A stretch of DNA of 64,000 bases from Amoebophrya sp. A120 (lineage: Eukaryota > Protista > Dinoflagellata): contig CAJINV010000024.1 of assembly GCA_905178155.1 (NCBI GenBank), positions 243,964-307,963 of the forward strand, written 5' to 3'. Shown here one piece after another: positions 59,480 to 64,000 of this stretch (the stretch's first letter is position 1; each line of letters opens with the position of its first letter). Both the position numbers and the translations under genes were made by a program. The notes beneath the pieces are model-generated. The model searched no databases. It was not told the origin of the DNA and saw only the letters and a program-made list of their open reading frames with translations.

Positions 59480-60444
59480 AAATAAATACCAAAATCTGTT
59501 AAAGCACTCGAAAGCAAAGCTTATTGAAGAAATTTTCATTGTCGATCATGATTTGGACACCTACAAGTACAAGTACGTGTTGGTTTCTATTGAAGGCGAA
59601 AAACTATATAGTTATGGAGTATACCCTTGCAGCAGTTGTAAACATAGTGCTGCACTCGATTGTGTACGATAGGCCAGGACGGCTTTTGCAGTTGTTTCAA
59701 GTAGAATCACCGTGCCAAAAACCAAAATGAAGATGTGACTTTCAAGAGCTCCCTCGATACAGCTCAAGGAAAACTACCAACCAAGAAGAAGTTGCTCACT
59801 TCGTATGGAGGTAAGCCGAGGTGCCAAATCCAACGCTTTGAGCATCACTTTTTGCACATTCTTTTTCTTGCTGACGAGAAAGTTGTGATCTTGGGCTCAC
59901 TGCCGAAGAGGAGATGTTTTTGAAAGGGAAAAACCGATACTGAACTGCCGAAAAAATGCGCTACCACGCATCTCATGTAACACCTGTGTGCCAGCACCTA
60001 GCATCCAATATTACGTCGCTAATCGGTTCGTTTTTCACTTCTTCATTGAGCGACGTTTTTGATGCGAGCGAGGAATACACACAAACCGTGTTGCTATTGT
60101 TAGGAGCGATCCGAACCGAGCGTCGAGAGTGACCGCTAATTCGACGAATTGACGTCAATTTTTGCAATTCATCGGCCAAAAACTTCGCGTTGCACAATTC
60201 GTTGAATCGCGTTAGGTAGATTCCTTTCTTGGAGATGGTTTTGTGCTTTTGCGTTTTCAGGATAAAGTATTTATTGCGCTAGTCCAATAATTCTTGACTG
60301 CTTAGTACCTCTACCTACAAGAACTTTATTTTTTTTTTGGCGATTCCGTTTTCGTTTTCGAGCTCTAGCTCTACTTTTCTGCCAACAAACCCGAGCTGTT
60401 GTGTTTTTGCAGCAGGAAGGACACTAAGCCTCTTCTCATCCAAA

Positions 60445-61704
60445 ATGCCGAGCAACCCTAAGCTAGACTTCGGGGCCCTGGGAGCAATCCCCCTGGACGA
60501 GGAGTCCTGTGTGATTTCGCGCACGGCGTTGCAACAGCTGCAGGACGAGAACAAGGAATTGCACGGGCTGCTCCGATGCTGGAATCCGCGGGCTGCTCCG
60601 AATGCTCGCTGCGAGCATGCTGAGAAGCAGAGGCTGGAGTTACTGAATACGCACCTCCAGGTGCGTATTCTGCAGAAATACATGCAGGAATACAAACGCG
60701 AGTCGGAGGTTCTGCAGATACGAGTGGTCGATGAGAGAAAGAAGTATAGCCTTCTTCTGCGGGAGAAGGAAACGGAAATGAAGAACCTCCGCGAACGTCA
60801 CGATCGGCTGATCCAGAGTAATTACCAGGTCGTAGACACGTTGCGGAAAACGGAACGAGCGCTGCGGGAGCTGTGCGAAGACGGAGTGCTCATCGCAACA
60901 CGCCGGAAAGACGTACAGAGGCAGAAGACGAAGGCCCTCGAAAAGGAGATTGCGGCGTTAAAGCAAAAACTCGGGGAGCAAGAACAACAACGCACAACAA
61001 CCCGGTGCAGCCGGAGGTGCAGGACACGAAATCCAGCCGCTTTGTCCAGTGGTGCGACACCCGAGATCGATGCGGACGAGCCGTACCCGAAACAAGCTGG
61101 CGGTGTCTACGAGGACTGCTGCGAGGACTACGAGGCTCGAGCCGTACCCGAAACAAGCTGGCGGTGGACCGCCAGGCTGGAGCACCAGCCTGGCGGTGTC
61201 TGCGCGTTGTGCTGCGAGGACTACGAGGCCCAGCGTATGCTCAAAACAAACTTTTCTGGTCTGCTGGCATTGTAAAGTGGCGGATCGGTGGCGTGGAAGC
61301 GCATGAGCTAGCATTTACACAGGCACAAAAATTACTTGATACTTTTGATTATGACTGCAACACTGCCGATGTTGTGACATGTTCCTCGATCGTTCTGTGG
61401 TGCTCGCGCTCCTGACCGTTCCCATTTCTACCGCAGCTGGCATGCCGAATCGCTCTTGTGTTTGTGCATAAAGAACGAAAGCAAGCGCCCGATGGTGTTT
61501 TGCTGCGGCCACGGGGCCGGCAAGGGGTGCGTCGATTACCTTTGCGACCTGAACCGATGGAACTGTCCGGTGTGCAGGAAACCTGATGCCCTACTGCATG
61601 CAGTTCCGTGCTTCGTCCTCGAGGAGGCTATGGGTTCTGATGTTCGAGTCCCTCCAGCCCTCCAGCACTCCCCGGACCCACCCCCCGTGATTCGAGGCCT
61701 TTAG
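60445..61704 (+). CDS. Second coiled-coil RING-like protein (paralog; one RING Cys replaced)
   Basis: Exons 60445-61235 and 61476-61704; CALCCED...CCGHGAGKGC...CPVCR; internal duplication at about 61078-61230. Confidence 0.72.
61236..61470. mobile_element. Old introner-derived intron
   Basis: TATGCTCAAAAC...GTTTGTGCATA; degenerate DR CAGCG/AAGAA; removing the element plus 5 nt is in frame. Confidence 0.7.
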
Positions 61705-62559
61705 GCGGCGAAGGATGACCCAGTCTTATTTTTTGATGTTGATCCCAACGAAAACGAAGACGGACACCACAAGAACTCCTCCCACCCTTTCCTTTGTGGG
61801 AGTACCGACTAACTAACTGTAGTAACTTGACGACCATTGAACGAGCGCCCTAGCTAGTCGCAAGGATCTTGAATTTTTGGAGAAAACAAAGAGCATGCTC
61901 TTGAGCAGAAAGAAGTTTGCTATTTCAGGCAGCACCAGCGCTGGAATGTTTTGCTTTACCGCGACACGGCTTCTCGTAAACTTTTTCTGCAGCGACCAGC
62001 CACTGTGTGTTCCTATATGGACTTGATGACACTAAGGCTTAGAAAAAAAAGAACACAAGCGAATTTTTATTCAAACGAATACTCTTCGAACCAAAAATAT
62101 ATTTTTGATAAAAAATATTCGTTTGGTAACGCATTGAGTGGCGTCGCGAACGACATTGGACACCGTACAGTGTGGATGCCACAGCGTTTGCGCCCTCCGG
62201 GCGATCGAGCACAGAGGAGTCGCGCCGCGAGCCCTTCTTCTTCTATCTTGAACACATTCACAGAGCTTTACTTCAGTTGCCGTTCCTTTCTTCAGTTGCG
62301 CACTTGTTTCTCTTTCTGCTGTGAAATTTGCATTCGTTTCCGGGCCCCTTCGGGAAGAATGCGGCGGAATTGTCGCAAGTAGGGCGGTTTACTTTTTGCT
62401 AGTTGTGCACGCTGGGAAGATGCGTAGTGCTATGCGAGCCGGGCGGTCGGTGGCCGGTCGCGAAAATGTATTGCGCATGCAGTAGCGGCCGCTTCGGCTT
62501 TTTGCCTTGTTCGGAAGAGCGCGAGCGCCTTTTCGTGTTATGCCAGCCTTCGCTCGGGG

Positions 62560-64000
62560 TCGGGGCCAGGAAAAAGCCTTTTGCTTATTGTGCGCGCCTG
62601 TTTCGGCGCCATCATTGGTAGTGGTGATTGTGTGCGCGTCGTGTTTTGTGCTCTGAGGGCGGGGAAAAAAAATTGGCGCGCTGCGCGCTGCGAGCGCACA
62701 GGCGCCGCGGTTTTGGTAGTTGCTTGCGATGCCCCTGTCACGTTCGGCAATCAGGGGCCGCGGCCGGCCGAGAAAAAAGATGCGGCGTGCTGCGCGCGCG
62801 CAGAAGCCCTGGCTTGCTTCGGGGATTGGGGGCTGGTCGAAAAATTTTCTTCGCGCGCTGCGCGCGCGCAGGCGCTCTGACCTGCTAGGGGCGCGACAAA
62901 AATTCTTTTTTCACGCTCAGCAGCCGGGGTCTGGCCGACGAAAAAGCTTGCGCGCGCTGAGTGTGCGCAGGCGCCTTGGCCTGGGAGCGCCCAAAATTTT
63001 TTGCAGCGCGCCCGGCAATCGGGGGCTAGCAGGAAAAGCAATTATCGCGCGCTGCGTGCGCAGACACCTAAGCACCGCACGCAGACATCTCCGTAGGCTC
63101 TTGCGTTGCCTGGGGGCGTTGACAGCTCTACTCGCGTCCGGTAGCCGGCGGCCTTCCGGGGAGTAAATGCCGCGTGCGCACAGACGCCTTGGACTGGGGG
63201 CACGGAAAGTTTTCGTCGTTTGTGAAAGCAGGGGGGTGCTGGAAAAAAATTTTTCGCGCGCTGCGCGCGCGCCGGCGCCTTGCCTAGGGGCGTCAAGCTC
63301 CCCTCGGGGGCTGGCCGGATTGATTGGCCAGCGGGCGCGGTTGCATGCAAATTTTTTTCGCGCCCGGAGGTCGCAGCTTTGCCAGAAGACAACTTTGCGC
63401 GCGCGCCCCGGCCTGAGAACGCGGGCAGCAAGCTCTGCTCGTGTGCGACAGCCCGTCGGGGGATGCTCTGAAAAAAAATTTCGCGCGCTGCGCGCGCGTA
63501 GGTGTCGCGGCCACATAGGGCGGAGTTTTTTTTTGTGACCGGCGCGCGAGGGTCTGGCTGAAAAAAGTGGCCAGCCCGCGCGCCCGTTCGTTGTCGCCTT
63601 GGTCTTGGATCGCGGAAAATTTTTTCGCGCCCGGCAGTCGAAAGCTGGGGGGAAAAAACTTGCCGCGCGCGCGGGCGCGGGCGCCGTTGCCTGAGAGTGC
63701 GGCGAGCACGCAGCTCTATGCTCATTCGGCAGCCGGAGCTTGGCCGGAAAAAAATTTCCAGCGCACGCTGCGAACCCGCGCGCAGGCGCTTCGGTCTGGT
63801 AGCACGAAAAATTTTTTCGCAATCCACCGGTAAGCGGGGGCTTGTCTGAAAAAAATTTTCCTGCATCGCGCGCGCCCGCTGGCGGGCGCCTTGGCAGGAG
63901 AGCGCGCCCGCGCGGAAAATTTTTTCGCGCCCGGCGATCGGTTACTGGGAGGAGGAAACATCTTCGCGCGCGAGTCGGTAATTGGGAGGGGGAAACTTCC
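62560..64000. repeat. Degenerate GC-rich repeat punctuated by A/T tracts
   Basis: AAAAA-TTTTT-CGCGC(GCTGCGCGC) motifs recur every 40-120 bp up to the window end. Confidence 0.7.

Noticed and set aside
62720-63961. ORFs of 274-301 aa at the window end
   Set aside because: Translations of the A/T-tract and CG repeat (recurrent RARKNFF); no coding evidence.

Overview
Eukaryotic genomic DNA. The organism is inferred to be a syndinian dinoflagellate such as Amoebophrya, from the intron style and dinoflagellate-type Copia domains; this was not verified. There are four main parts. (1) A 13.9-kb Ty1/Copia LTR retrotransposon (6601-20543) with an intact gag-pol ORF. It has 826-bp LTRs, an initiator-Met PBS, a PPT, atypical TG..AA ends, a 3-4 bp target duplication and four extra sense ORFs after pol. 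It is inserted in a 156-bp AT-rich tandem repeat. (2) About 11 kb (22-33 kb) of scrambled, duplicated fragments of the downstream genes. (3) Two large glycosyltransferase-61-like genes (about 33.9-41.8 kb and 47.1-55.9 kb) and two coiled-coil RING-finger genes (56.8-61.7 kb). (4) About 35 MITE-like introners interrupting these genes. They begin TAT, end ATA, carry terminal inverted repeats (at least 7 families) and sit between 5-bp direct repeats. They have no consistent GT-AG. At every junction I translated by hand, removing the element plus one repeat copy restores the reading frame, in either orientation. One introner (47188-49073) has captured a 1.7-kb antisense gene fragment. All coordinates and alignments were read by eye; no database searches were run.
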